Position numbers and translations under genes: made by a program | Notes under the pieces: generated by a model | What the model saw: the letters and a program-made list of their open reading frames with translations, nothing else | The model's database searches: none | What the model was told of the DNA's origin: nothing | Assembly (NCBI GenBank): GCA_964553875.1 | Contig: CAZKNH010000005.1 | Span: forward strand, 1,762 to 65,761 | Direction: 5' to 3' | DNA from: an uncultured Gammaproteobacteria bacterium | GTDB lineage: Bacteria; Pseudomonadota; Gammaproteobacteria; Steroidobacterales; Rariloculaceae | Length of the DNA: 64,000 nucleotides | Shown: one piece after another, positions 44,892-53,711 of the stretch | Layout: each line of letters opens with the position of its first letter | Numbering within the stretch: position 1 is the first letter of the stretch

Positions 44892-45257
44892 AGGGGCGTC
44901 ATCGTACCAAGCGAGCCGTCCGCGGAGCGTGACGGCGTCTAATGATCGCGAGCCGCAACGCGCCGGCAAAGCCCCGAAGGGCCCGACGGCTCTCCGCCGA
45001 CCGTTCTCGCGGTGCTCGCGGCCGCAGCTGCCGTCCCCGGCATACCGCGGCGGGCCCCGAGGCGGCAAGCGCGGTCTGCACCGATCAGTGGACGGCGGAG
45101 GCCGGGAATCGCATTCGCTCCGTCCTTGTTATGATTCGATGCCGCGGAGGTCGAGCCGGTCATCGCGACTCGCGAAACCGAGGTGTGAGTCACGCTCGAC
45201 CGCCCCACTCGACTCTACGATACGCACGTCGTCGCCCCGCCCACCGCCGGAAGCCGC

Positions 45258-46349
45258 ATGGTCAGCGCTCCAACCAAGACGTCTACGCCGGCTGATCGAG
45301 CCCGAACCGCCTCGCGGCCGGTATTCATCGTAGGCTGTCCGCGCTCGGGCACGACCTGGCTCTATCACATTCTTCTCTCGGCGGGCCGATTCGCGATATA
45401 TCGTTCCGAGACGAACATTTATAACTCATTTGCGCCGGCTTACGGGGACTTTGCGAACGTTCGGACGCGGGCCGCATTCCTGCGCAAGTGGCTCCGCAGC
45501 GAATACTTTCTGAGATCCGGCCTCGACGCCGACGCGTTCCATTCGAAGGCGATGGAGCGCGGCACGGGGCCCGGTGCGATGCTGCGGCTCTTGATGGAAG
45601 AGATCTGCGCATATCAGCACGCGGAGCGCTGGGCCGAGTGCACGCCCGAGCACGCGCTCTCGCTCGCCCGGATCAAACGCGACTTCCCCGAGGCGCTCTT
45701 CATCCACATCGTGCGCGACGGTCGGGATGTCGCGTTGTCGTTGGCGAAGCAACGGTTCATTCGGCCGCTGCCATGGCACTCGGACCAAGGCGAGCTCGCC
45801 GCCGCGGCGTACTGGACCTGGATCGTGGCGGCGGCGACGCGTCAGGCTGAGGCCTTTCCGAGCGATGTGCTCGTGCTCAAGTACGAAGACCTGGTGACGG
45901 ACTACGTGGGCGCGCTCGAGATCGTCTCGGCGTTCATCGGCCAACGCATCGACGTCGCGAAGGTGGCCGATGCGGGGATCGGCAGCGTCGCACGACCGAA
46001 CACGTCGTTCGCCGCGCAGAACGGCGCGGCGGCGCCGCAGACGGTCGGCCGATGGCGGACGGAGCTCTCCCCCGAGCGATTGGGCGCGCTCGAGGCCGTG
46101 GTCGGCCCAATGCTCGATCGCTTCGGCTATTCGCGCGGCGCGCCGGCGGCGTCGGCGCCGGCCGCACGGCTCAATGCCGCGCTGTACAAGGCACGTTTCG
46201 GCGCGATGTGGCGCTTGAGGACATCCACGCCGCTCGGGCGTTTCGGTGACGACCGTCTGAGCCGCCTGACGGTGAAAGACGCCGTCGACGATCCCACGCT
46301 CCGCCCGGCGGCGCACCTCGCTGCGATCCGGCGCATCATCGAAGGCTGA
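45258..46349 (+). CDS. sulfotransferase (PAPS-dependent, PRSGTT type)
   Basis: 363 aa. FIVGCPRSGTTWL (5'-PSB) and IHIVRDGRDVALS (3'-PB). Confidence 0.7.
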   Translation: MVSAPTKTSTPADRARTASRPVFIVGCPRSGTTWLYHILLSAGRFAIYRSETNIYNSFAPAYGDFANVRTRAAFLRKWLRSEYFLRSGLDADAFHSKAMERGTGPGAMLRLLMEEICAYQHAERWAECTPEHALSLARIKRDFPEALFIHIVRDGRDVALSLAKQRFIRPLPWHSDQGELAAAAYWTWIVAAATRQAEAFPSDVLVLKYEDLVTDYVGALEIVSAFIGQRIDVAKVADAGIGSVARPNTSFAAQNGAAAPQTVGRWRTELSPERLGALEAVVGPMLDRFGYSRGAPAASAPAARLNAALYKARFGAMWRLRTSTPLGRFGDDRLSRLTVKDAVDDPTLRPAAHLAAIRRIIEG

Positions 46350-46368
46350 GCGCGGGTCTTCGAGGCCG

Positions 46369-47535
46369 TCAGTCCGTGGACGACAGCGCTCCGACGGGCT
46401 GACGCCGACACACCGCCCGCTCGTACAGCGCCCGATACTGGTCGATCATCGCCTCGACGGAAAAGCGCCCGACCGCCGCGGCGCGCGCGGCGGCACCGTG
46501 CCGCGCCCTCCGCACGTCGTCGCTCGCGTACGCGACGACGGCATCCGCCAAGGCCTCGCTGTCGCCCGGCGGCACGAGCGTGCCCGTCTCGCCCGGCGTG
46601 ATCAGCTCGGGATTGCCGCCCGTCGCGGTCGCGATCACCGGCAGGCCCGACGCCATCGCCTCGAGTACGGTGTTCGAGATCCCTTCGCGCAGCGAGCCGA
46701 GCACGAAGACGTCCATGCATCGCAGAAGCTCCGCGACGTCATCGCGGCTTCCCGGCAGCCACGCGTCGTCGGCGGCTCCTGCCGCGCGCAGCCGCTCGAG
46801 CGCGGCGTCGCGCAGCTCGCCGTCGCCGATCATCAGCAACCGCAACGGCCGCCGGGCGCCTTGCAGCCTCTCGCGCGCACGGATGAACGCCTCGACCAGA
46901 TTCAACGGATCCTTGATCGCCGCGAAGCGCGTGACGCTGCCGACGACGAGCGCCCCTTCGGGGAACACCGCTTCCGGGAGCCGGCGCCGCTCGCCGAGTC
47001 CGGCGGGGCGAAAACGCGCGGTGTCGACGCCGTTGCAGATTCGCGTGACGTTGTTCGCACGAATGCCCACGGTCTCGATGAGCCATCGTCTGAGATGCTC
47101 CGAGACCGTCACGAATTCGTGCACGAACGGCGCGAACGCGCGCCGGGCGATCCGGTACCTCGCTTTCGTGCCGTCCGGGTCGGCGACGTCCCAGCCGTGC
47201 TCCCCGTGTATGCGCACCGGCACGCCCGCGAGCGCGGCAACGACGGCGCAGTCGAGCGTGCCGAAGTTGCGCGTATGCACCGCGCTTGGGCGCAGGGTCC
47301 GGAGCAGCCGGAAGAGCCGCGCGTACGCGCCGAGATCGCGCCCCGGGCGCTTGCCGATCGCGTGAACGGCGATGTCGGGATGCAGACGCTCGCGAAACCG
47401 GGTCGCTTCCGTCAGCGCGATCACGGCGTGCCGGAATGCGCCCTGCCCGTGGAGCCCGTTCACGACGTTGACCACACCGTTCTCGAGGCCGCCGTAGTCG
47501 AGACGGAAAACGATGTGCGCGATCAACGGTGTCAT
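46369..47535 (-). CDS. glycosyltransferase family 1 (PEP-CTERM/EpsH1-associated 'stp2'-like)
   Basis: Real start MTPLIAHIVFRLDYGGLENGVVNVVNGL at 47535 (ATGA overlap with the asnB stop). Has SLREGISNTVLEAMASGLPVIATATGGNPELI. Track ORF 46369..49467 is an out-of-frame over-extension. Confidence 0.8.
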   Translation of the reverse strand: MTPLIAHIVFRLDYGGLENGVVNVVNGLHGQGAFRHAVIALTEATRFRERLHPDIAVHAIGKRPGRDLGAYARLFRLLRTLRPSAVHTRNFGTLDCAVVAALAGVPVRIHGEHGWDVADPDGTKARYRIARRAFAPFVHEFVTVSEHLRRWLIETVGIRANNVTRICNGVDTARFRPAGLGERRRLPEAVFPEGALVVGSVTRFAAIKDPLNLVEAFIRARERLQGARRPLRLLMIGDGELRDAALERLRAAGAADDAWLPGSRDDVAELLRCMDVFVLGSLREGISNTVLEAMASGLPVIATATGGNPELITPGETGTLVPPGDSEALADAVVAYASDDVRRARHGAAARAAAVGRFSVEAMIDQYRALYERAVCRRQPVGALSSTD

Positions 47536-49469
47536 GCCGCCAGGCTGCTCTCCGCGAGCTCCGCCGCGACGTCCTCGTGGCTCGCGCCGTCGAGGTGCAA
47601 CCGGCTCCAAATCTCGAGATTCAGCAGCACGAGAAGCAGGTCGGAATAGTCCTCGCGGCTCGCGTCGTGCGCATTGCAGATCGTCTCGACGACGCCCGGA
47701 TCGAGCAGCCCCCGCGCCGCGACGACGCGCGGATCGAGAAGCTTGCGCCGCAGCGGCACGAGCTCCTGCCGGAACCATGCACCCACCGGCGCACCGAAGC
47801 CGCGCTTCCGTCTTTCGAGCACCGGCCGCGGCAACACGTCGCGGAGCGCGTCCTTCAGGATCGCCTTCAGGCGCCCGTTGGGGGCCTTGATCTCGGCCGG
47901 GATGCTCGCCACGAGCTCGACCAGACGATGATCCAGGAACGGCACGCGGCATTCGATCGAGCACGCCATCGTCATCTTGTCCGTCATGAGGAGCAGATCC
48001 TCCGAGAGCTGCGTGCGCCAGTCGACGCGCAGCAATCTCAGAAGCTCGTCCGTGCTCGTCTCCTCGCCGACGACCGCATCGAAGCCGTCGGTCGGAGGAC
48101 CGTTCCGTGCGCGCTGCAGCGCCGCGAGCACCGCCTCGTCCGCGAGCGCGATGTACAGCTTGTACTGCTGCCGCCAGTCGAGGCCGTTCGCGCGGATGAA
48201 GCGCTTCGCGTAACGCCCGAGATCCATGAGCCGGTTCTGCCGGCCGCTCGGCAGCGCTCGCGCAAGGAGCGGCAGCACGCGCCGTCGGAGCCACGACGGA
48301 ATCCGCTCGTAATAGCGGCCGTAATGCGGGCCGAGGTAGCGGTTGTAGCCCGCGAAGAGCTCGTCGCCCCCTACGCCCGACAGTATGACTTTCACCGACT
48401 CGGCCGCGAGCTCCGAGACGAGGTATGTCGTCATGATGGCGCTGTCGGAGATCGGCTCCTCGAGATGCCACAAGAGCTTCGGCAAGAGGCGGGCGACGTC
48501 GGGCTGCACCGCGATCTCCCGATGCCGGCTGCCGAGCTGGTCGGCGACGAGCCGCGCGAAAGGCAGCTCGTTGTAATAGTCGGCGACCGCGCTGCCGCGG
48601 TAGCCGATGCTGTAGGTATTCAGCGCGCCGTCCGAGTGGCGTGCCATCAGGCTCACGACCGCGCTCGAGTCGATGCCGCCGCTCAGGAACGCGCCGAGCG
48701 GGACGTCGCTCACGAGATGCGATGCGACCGCCCGATCGAGCTCCGCCGCGACCCGCTCCGTCCACTCCTCGCTCGATCGCGAGCGATCGACGTCGCGCGG
48801 CGGTTCCCAGTAGCGAAAGACGCGGAGGCTGCCCCCTTCGCTCACGAGCATCGTGCCCGGCGGCAGCTTCGACACTCCGGCGAACAGCGTGCGGGGCGCG
48901 ACCGCGTAACCAAGCGCGAGATAATCCGACAGCGCCTCCGTGTCGACGGCGGCGCTGAAGCCGCTCAATGCCCGGAAAGCCTTCACCTCCGAGCTGAACG
49001 CGAAGCCGGACGCATACCGCCAGTAGTACACTGGCTTGATGCCGAGCCTGTCTCTCGCGAGGAGAAGCTTGCGGCGCGTCGAGTCCCAGAGCGCAAACCC
49101 GAACATCCCTTCGAGCCGCGTCACGAAATCCTCGCCGTGCTCCTCGTACAGATGGACCAGCACCTCCGTGTCGCTGCGCGTCGCGAACCTGTGGCCCTGC
49201 GCCTCGAGCGAGCGTCTGAGCTCGCGGAAGTTGTAGATCTCGCCGTTCATGACGACCCAGACCGAGCCGTCTTCGTTGCCGATCGGCTGATGCCCGCCTT
49301 CGAGGTCGATGATCGACAGCCTGCGCATGCCGATCACGACGTCGCCGCAATCCCTGACGCCGTCGTCGTCCGGCCCGCGGTGCCGGATCAAGTCCGCCAT
49401 GCGCCGCACGTCGTCCGGGCCGTACCGCCTGACGTCGCCGAGCTGCACCGTTCCAACGATCCCGCACAT
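47532..49469 (-). CDS. asnB: asparagine synthase (glutamine-hydrolysing) family amidotransferase
   Basis: 645 aa. [27 protein letters not shown]. Confidence 0.85.
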   Translation of the reverse strand: MCGIVGTVQLGDVRRYGPDDVRRMADLIRHRGPDDDGVRDCGDVVIGMRRLSIIDLEGGHQPIGNEDGSVWVVMNGEIYNFRELRRSLEAQGHRFATRSDTEVLVHLYEEHGEDFVTRLEGMFGFALWDSTRRKLLLARDRLGIKPVYYWRYASGFAFSSEVKAFRALSGFSAAVDTEALSDYLALGYAVAPRTLFAGVSKLPPGTMLVSEGGSLRVFRYWEPPRDVDRSRSSEEWTERVAAELDRAVASHLVSDVPLGAFLSGGIDSSAVVSLMARHSDGALNTYSIGYRGSAVADYYNELPFARLVADQLGSRHREIAVQPDVARLLPKLLWHLEEPISDSAIMTTYLVSELAAESVKVILSGVGGDELFAGYNRYLGPHYGRYYERIPSWLRRRVLPLLARALPSGRQNRLMDLGRYAKRFIRANGLDWRQQYKLYIALADEAVLAALQRARNGPPTDGFDAVVGEETSTDELLRLLRVDWRTQLSEDLLLMTDKMTMACSIECRVPFLDHRLVELVASIPAEIKAPNGRLKAILKDALRDVLPRPVLERRKRGFGAPVGAWFRQELVPLRRKLLDPRVVAARGLLDPGVVETICNAHDASREDYSDLLLVLLNLEIWSRLHLDGASHEDVAAELAESSLAA

Positions 49470-49486
49470 CCTGGCTATTCAGCCCA

Positions 49487-50581
49487 TCACGGCAGATTCT
49501 TCACGAGGTGCGGACCGAGCAGGTTCGCGATCGGCAGCGGCAGGCGCTGCCACGCCGCGACGGCGAGACGATACTTCGGATTCGCCGGCGTGAGCATCGG
49601 CATCGGCTCGCCATCGCGAAGCACGTAGTACCAGCGCAGCTGCCGCGGGCGCGCGCCCCACTGCTCCTTGAATCGATAGGTGCCCGAGTCTTTCGACGAG
49701 CGGCCGAAGTCGAACGTGCGGCAGCCGCGTGCGATGGCGCCGCGCAATGCGGTCCAGTAGAGAAGCATGTTCACGCCAAAGCGATTCGCCTCGCGCACCG
49801 ACGATGCCCACGGAATCTCGAGCGTCGTGCCATGGGCGAGCAGCAGCCCGGCGGCGACGGGCTTGTCACGAAGGTACACGACGACGAGCCACGTCTCCGC
49901 CGCGAACGTCGATGCGATCGCCGCGAAAAAGCGCTTCGAGTATACCGGCGTGCCGAGATCGCGCATGTTGCGCGAGAACACGGCGTAGAAATCGTCGAGC
50001 AGCTCGGCGCCCCCTTCGCGCACGCGGCAGCCCTCTTTCTCGGGCCTGCGGATCTGGGCTCGGAGCTTCGGCTTGAAGGCCTTCCAGAGCGCGTCTTCGC
50101 TGTCCGGAAGGTCGAGCAGCATCGTCACCTTGTCGTCGCGGCTCGGCAACCCGAGCTCGGGCTCCTCGCGCTGCCGCAGCTCCACGTGCGCGCTGCCGCA
50201 CGCCGCGGCGAGGCGACCTGCTTCCGCGACGAGCGACTCTCTCGCCTCGTCGCTCTCCGCGAGCACGCCGCCGTAGTTGAAGTACGGCATCGAGACGAGA
50301 AAGTCGCCGAACAGCCTGCTTCGCAACCGCACGAGCGGAAGGACGCCGCGGACGTCCCCCGAGGCGTCTTTGGCCATGAGGTAATGCGTCTCGTGGCCGA
50401 AAACGTCTCGAATGAGCGAGCGCCAGCGATAATCGTGGTAGAGCTCGGCCCCATGGTTGCGGCGCAGGAAGCCCGTCCACTCCGCGGCATCGGCCTCGTC
50501 CGCCGCGTGAATCACCGTCGGCAGCGAGCCGCCGGTCGTAGAACGGAGGGCCGGGCCGCCGGCCCGTGCGGCCTCGCTCAT
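49487..50581 (-). CDS. FemAB-family protein (PEP-CTERM system-associated type)
   Basis: Start MSEAARAGG at 50581 (ATGA overlap with the deacetylase stop). Has LVSMPYFNYGGVL, ...EIPWASS...NMLLYW..., FDFGRSSKDSGTYRFKEQWGA. Confidence 0.75.
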   Translation of the reverse strand: MSEAARAGGPALRSTTGGSLPTVIHAADEADAAEWTGFLRRNHGAELYHDYRWRSLIRDVFGHETHYLMAKDASGDVRGVLPLVRLRSRLFGDFLVSMPYFNYGGVLAESDEARESLVAEAGRLAAACGSAHVELRQREEPELGLPSRDDKVTMLLDLPDSEDALWKAFKPKLRAQIRRPEKEGCRVREGGAELLDDFYAVFSRNMRDLGTPVYSKRFFAAIASTFAAETWLVVVYLRDKPVAAGLLLAHGTTLEIPWASSVREANRFGVNMLLYWTALRGAIARGCRTFDFGRSSKDSGTYRFKEQWGARPRQLRWYYVLRDGEPMPMLTPANPKYRLAVAAWQRLPLPIANLLGPHLVKNLP

Positions 50582-51537
50582 GGTTCGACGCCGGTGCCGC
50601 CCGCGCAGAAGACGCGGTCCAACCTGTCCCAGGCGAGCTTGCGCAGCAACACCCGAAGCCGCCCTTCGAACTTGCGCAGATTGAGGTAATGGCGGATCCG
50701 CGCACGCGAGTCGGCGCCCGGCACCCGCGGCTGCTCCGGATCGAGCTCCCACGGATGGAAGTAGAAAACGACCGGCCGCTCGTACACTCGTCGCGCCCGT
50801 GCGAGCAGCCGGAGTGAGAGCCACAGCGGGAGCAGCCGGAAGTAGCCGCCGCCCGCGGCGGGGAGGTTGCGCCCCGCGAACGGGGCCGTGGTTGCCGGTA
50901 TCTCGAGCAGTCCCGCGGGCTCTACATAGAACGGCTCCGTCGGCCCCGACGGCACACCGTAATGGTCATGAGCGATCGGATAGAGGCTCGAGCTGTAGTC
51001 GTAGCCGGCCTCGCTCAGGATGCGATGCGCCCACGGCGTGCGCTCGTCGATCGACCAGCTCGCCGCACGATAACCGCGGACCGCGACCCCGGACACGTCC
51101 TCGAGCAGCTTCTTCGTCGCGGCGACGTCCTCGCGAAACGCCTCCGGCGTCTGAGTCCAGACGCGGATGTGCTGCATCCCGTGGCTCGCGATCTCGTGGC
51201 CCTCGTCGGCGATACGCCGCACGACGCTCGGAAAGTGCTTTGCGACCCACCCCAACGTGAAGAAGGTTCCACGCACTCCGGCATCGGAAAAGAGCTGCAG
51301 GATGCGATCGACGTTGCGCGGCAAGCGGCACTCGAGCTCGGACCAGCGCGATCTCGGCACGAGATGCTCGAACGCCGAGACCTGGAAGTAATCTTCGACG
51401 TCGCAAGTCATCGCGTTGGGCAGCGGTACGCCGGCCGGCGGCGTCCACTTCCTGACGCCCGCGTGAAACGGCGATTCCGCACGATCCCCTGCGGAACGCC
51501 CGTACGGCGCGGCAAGCGGCGTGCGTGCGCTCATCAT
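50578..51537 (-). CDS. XrtA/PEP-CTERM-system-type polysaccharide deacetylase
   Basis: NAMTCDVEDYFQVSAFE, TFFTLGWVA, HEIASHG, and GGGYFRLLP at the C-terminus. ATGA overlap with the upstream stop. Confidence 0.85.
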   Translation of the reverse strand: MMSARTPLAAPYGRSAGDRAESPFHAGVRKWTPPAGVPLPNAMTCDVEDYFQVSAFEHLVPRSRWSELECRLPRNVDRILQLFSDAGVRGTFFTLGWVAKHFPSVVRRIADEGHEIASHGMQHIRVWTQTPEAFREDVAATKKLLEDVSGVAVRGYRAASWSIDERTPWAHRILSEAGYDYSSSLYPIAHDHYGVPSGPTEPFYVEPAGLLEIPATTAPFAGRNLPAAGGGYFRLLPLWLSLRLLARARRVYERPVVFYFHPWELDPEQPRVPGADSRARIRHYLNLRKFEGRLRVLLRKLAWDRLDRVFCAGGTGVEP

Positions 51538-52847
51538 CTGCGCGACGGCACGTACACCAGCGTGACCCTGAGGGTCCGCTCGTCGAACGAGCCGAAGCCG
51601 TCTCTTTTCGTCAGCTGCCCGTCGAACTCGAGGTCGAGCACGCGCCCGATGCCCCGGCTGTAGCGCAGCCGCACCACCGTGTCCGTGTTGGCGTCCGGCT
51701 CGTTCGAGAACTGACGCCGCTCGCGGTGTACGCCGATGCTGGCCATGCTCACCCGCGTGAGTCGTCGCATCGCTTCCACACCGATCCGGCGGCCGTCGCT
51801 ATCCAGCGAGTCCTCGCCCTCGATATCGTCGTCCAGCACCCTGAGCTGCACGCGGATGTCCGTTCGGTCCAAAGACAAGCTCCAGTCGACGGATGCCTCG
51901 CGGCGGTCGTTCGGATTGGCACTGAGGCTGACGTCGATGGGTGCAGCGGTCGGTTCGTCGAGGCTTTCCCCGAGCAACGTACCCGCGTCGGTATACTCGC
52001 GGCGTGTCTGCAAGACGAGGTTCATCCGCCCGGCAATCGAACGGCTCCACATGAACCGGAACGTCGGTCGATCGAGCGATGTCGAGCCGAGCGTCACGCG
52101 GTTCGTGCCGGCCGTCGCGACGGCGTTGCCCCGTGCGAGCGCACGCTGATAGGAGAGTCGCACGCCGTCGATGTCGTACGTCTCGTCGGTCGTCCGATAC
52201 TCCGCCTCCGTCGTTCGTGCGTTCAGGCTCAGCGTCGTCAGCGGACGAACTCGCCTGCTGATGCCGAGCGTATACGTGATCGCGTCACTATCGAGAAACT
52301 CGGACTTTTCGTACCTGCGTGCGCTCCACGTGCTACCGACGTTGAGCGACGTGCGCTCGCCGAGCGGCAAGTCGATCTCGGGCCCCGTCTCGAAAACGTT
52401 GATTCGCTCGCGGTTCTCCGGGGTTTCCGGACCGATCGGGTTCGTTCGGCCGTGCAGGTAGTTATCCCGGAACGTCCAGGTCATTCGCTGTGGGACCAGC
52501 ACCGTCCGGAGCGATCCGCCAAGGGAGCCGACCTGCTCGTCCGGCAGCTCGTCGTCCCCGTATTTGCGGTACTCGAGGTCGCCGACGAGTCTGCCTTGCA
52601 CGCGCTCGCGATTCCGAAACAGATTGAACAGGACCCCGAGGCTGTCGTAGTAGCCGCGTGTGCTATCGGTCGTCCGCGACACGTTGCTGGACTCGGTGTG
52701 CGCGAGCCAGAGTGCTACGGCTTCGCCCGACGTGGCGGAGCGAACGCCCGCGCCTGGACCGCCCCGGTACTGCGCGTGTGCCTGGCTCGTTGCGAGGCAC
52801 AACACCGCCATCGCCAACACCGAGCGCGGAGCTGAGATGCTCGTCAT
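51534..52847 (-). CDS. outer-membrane beta-barrel protein (PEP-CTERM-system-associated uncharacterised OM protein type)
   Basis: 437 aa. Signal MTSISAPRSVLAMAVLCLATSQAHA, alternating beta-strand pattern, and an aromatic-rich terminal strand LRVTLVYV. Confidence 0.6.
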   Translation of the reverse strand: MTSISAPRSVLAMAVLCLATSQAHAQYRGGPGAGVRSATSGEAVALWLAHTESSNVSRTTDSTRGYYDSLGVLFNLFRNRERVQGRLVGDLEYRKYGDDELPDEQVGSLGGSLRTVLVPQRMTWTFRDNYLHGRTNPIGPETPENRERINVFETGPEIDLPLGERTSLNVGSTWSARRYEKSEFLDSDAITYTLGISRRVRPLTTLSLNARTTEAEYRTTDETYDIDGVRLSYQRALARGNAVATAGTNRVTLGSTSLDRPTFRFMWSRSIAGRMNLVLQTRREYTDAGTLLGESLDEPTAAPIDVSLSANPNDRREASVDWSLSLDRTDIRVQLRVLDDDIEGEDSLDSDGRRIGVEAMRRLTRVSMASIGVHRERRQFSNEPDANTDTVVRLRYSRGIGRVLDLEFDGQLTKRDGFGSFDERTLRVTLVYVPSRR

Positions 52848-52856
52848 TCGGGCGCC

Positions 52857-53711
52857 CTACGTTTGGTAGCCGTAATAGTCGCCGTAGCTGGCCAAGCCGT
52901 CGCGCGCCGATACCTGATTCAGCAGCAGGTTGATCGATTTGGACGGATCGAGGAGATCTCGCGCAGCCAGCACCGCGCGTTGCGGCGTCTTGTTCGCGTG
53001 CACGACCATCAGGATCTGACCGACGTGCCCTCCGAGGACCTGCGCTTCCGGGCGCAGCAGCAGCGGCGGCGAGTCGAAAACGATCATCCGCCGCGGATCG
53101 GCGCTGCTGATCTCCGCGATGAGGTTCTCCATCTTGCTGCTCGCGAGCAGCTCCGCGGCCCGCTCGTCGTGAGCGCCGGCAGGCAGGATCGCGAACCCCT
53201 GCAGGTTCGTCGGCATCACCAGAGACTCGAACGAAGCCGAGCGGTCACGCAGCAGATCCATGAGCCCCGGTTGATGGCTCGCGCCGAAGAGCCGCGTCAC
53301 ATGCGGCTTGTTGCAATCGCCGTCGACGAGAATGACGCTCCAGTCCTGCTCGCGTGCGATGCTGAGGCAGAGATTCACGGCAGTGAACGTCTTGCCCTCA
53401 CCCGGCAACGCCGACGCGACCATCAGCACGTTGCCCCGAGGCACGAGCTCGCCCGAGCTCGCGTTCTTCAGCAACGGGCGCTTGATCGCCCGGTACTGGT
53501 CGGCCAGCACTCGCTCGTGGCGGTCAGAAGCAAGCAACCCCTGCGCGCGCAGCGCCGCGAAATCGATCTCGACTCGGTTGCCGCCATATGCGTGACCGGC
53601 GACCGGAGAATCATGCACCCTCGCGATCGCCCGCGGCGGCCTGCCCTGCGCCTCGACGGCGTTTGCCTTTCTCGCCTGCAGCTTGGCAAGCGCTTCTTCG
53701 ATTCTGCCCAT
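52857..53711 (-). CDS. polysaccharide co-polymerase tyrosine autokinase (BY-kinase, EpsG-like)
   Basis: Walker A ALPGEGKTF, A' ILVDGD, B MIVFDSPP, and a C-terminal Tyr cluster YGDYYGYQT. Confidence 0.8.
   Translation of the reverse strand: MGRIEEALAKLQARKANAVEAQGRPPRAIARVHDSPVAGHAYGGNRVEIDFAALRAQGLLASDRHERVLADQYRAIKRPLLKNASSGELVPRGNVLMVASALPGEGKTFTAVNLCLSIAREQDWSVILVDGDCNKPHVTRLFGASHQPGLMDLLRDRSASFESLVMPTNLQGFAILPAGAHDERAAELLASSKMENLIAEISSADPRRMIVFDSPPLLLRPEAQVLGGHVGQILMVVHANKTPQRAVLAARDLLDPSKSINLLLNQVSARDGLASYGDYYGYQT

Noticed and set aside
46369-49467. 1032-aa track ORF suggesting a giant fusion protein
   Set aside because: Only the last 388 aa (from MTPLIAHIV at 47535) look like a real GT1. 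The upstream part is an alternative frame of the asnB gene with Arg/Ala/Gly-rich junk composition.
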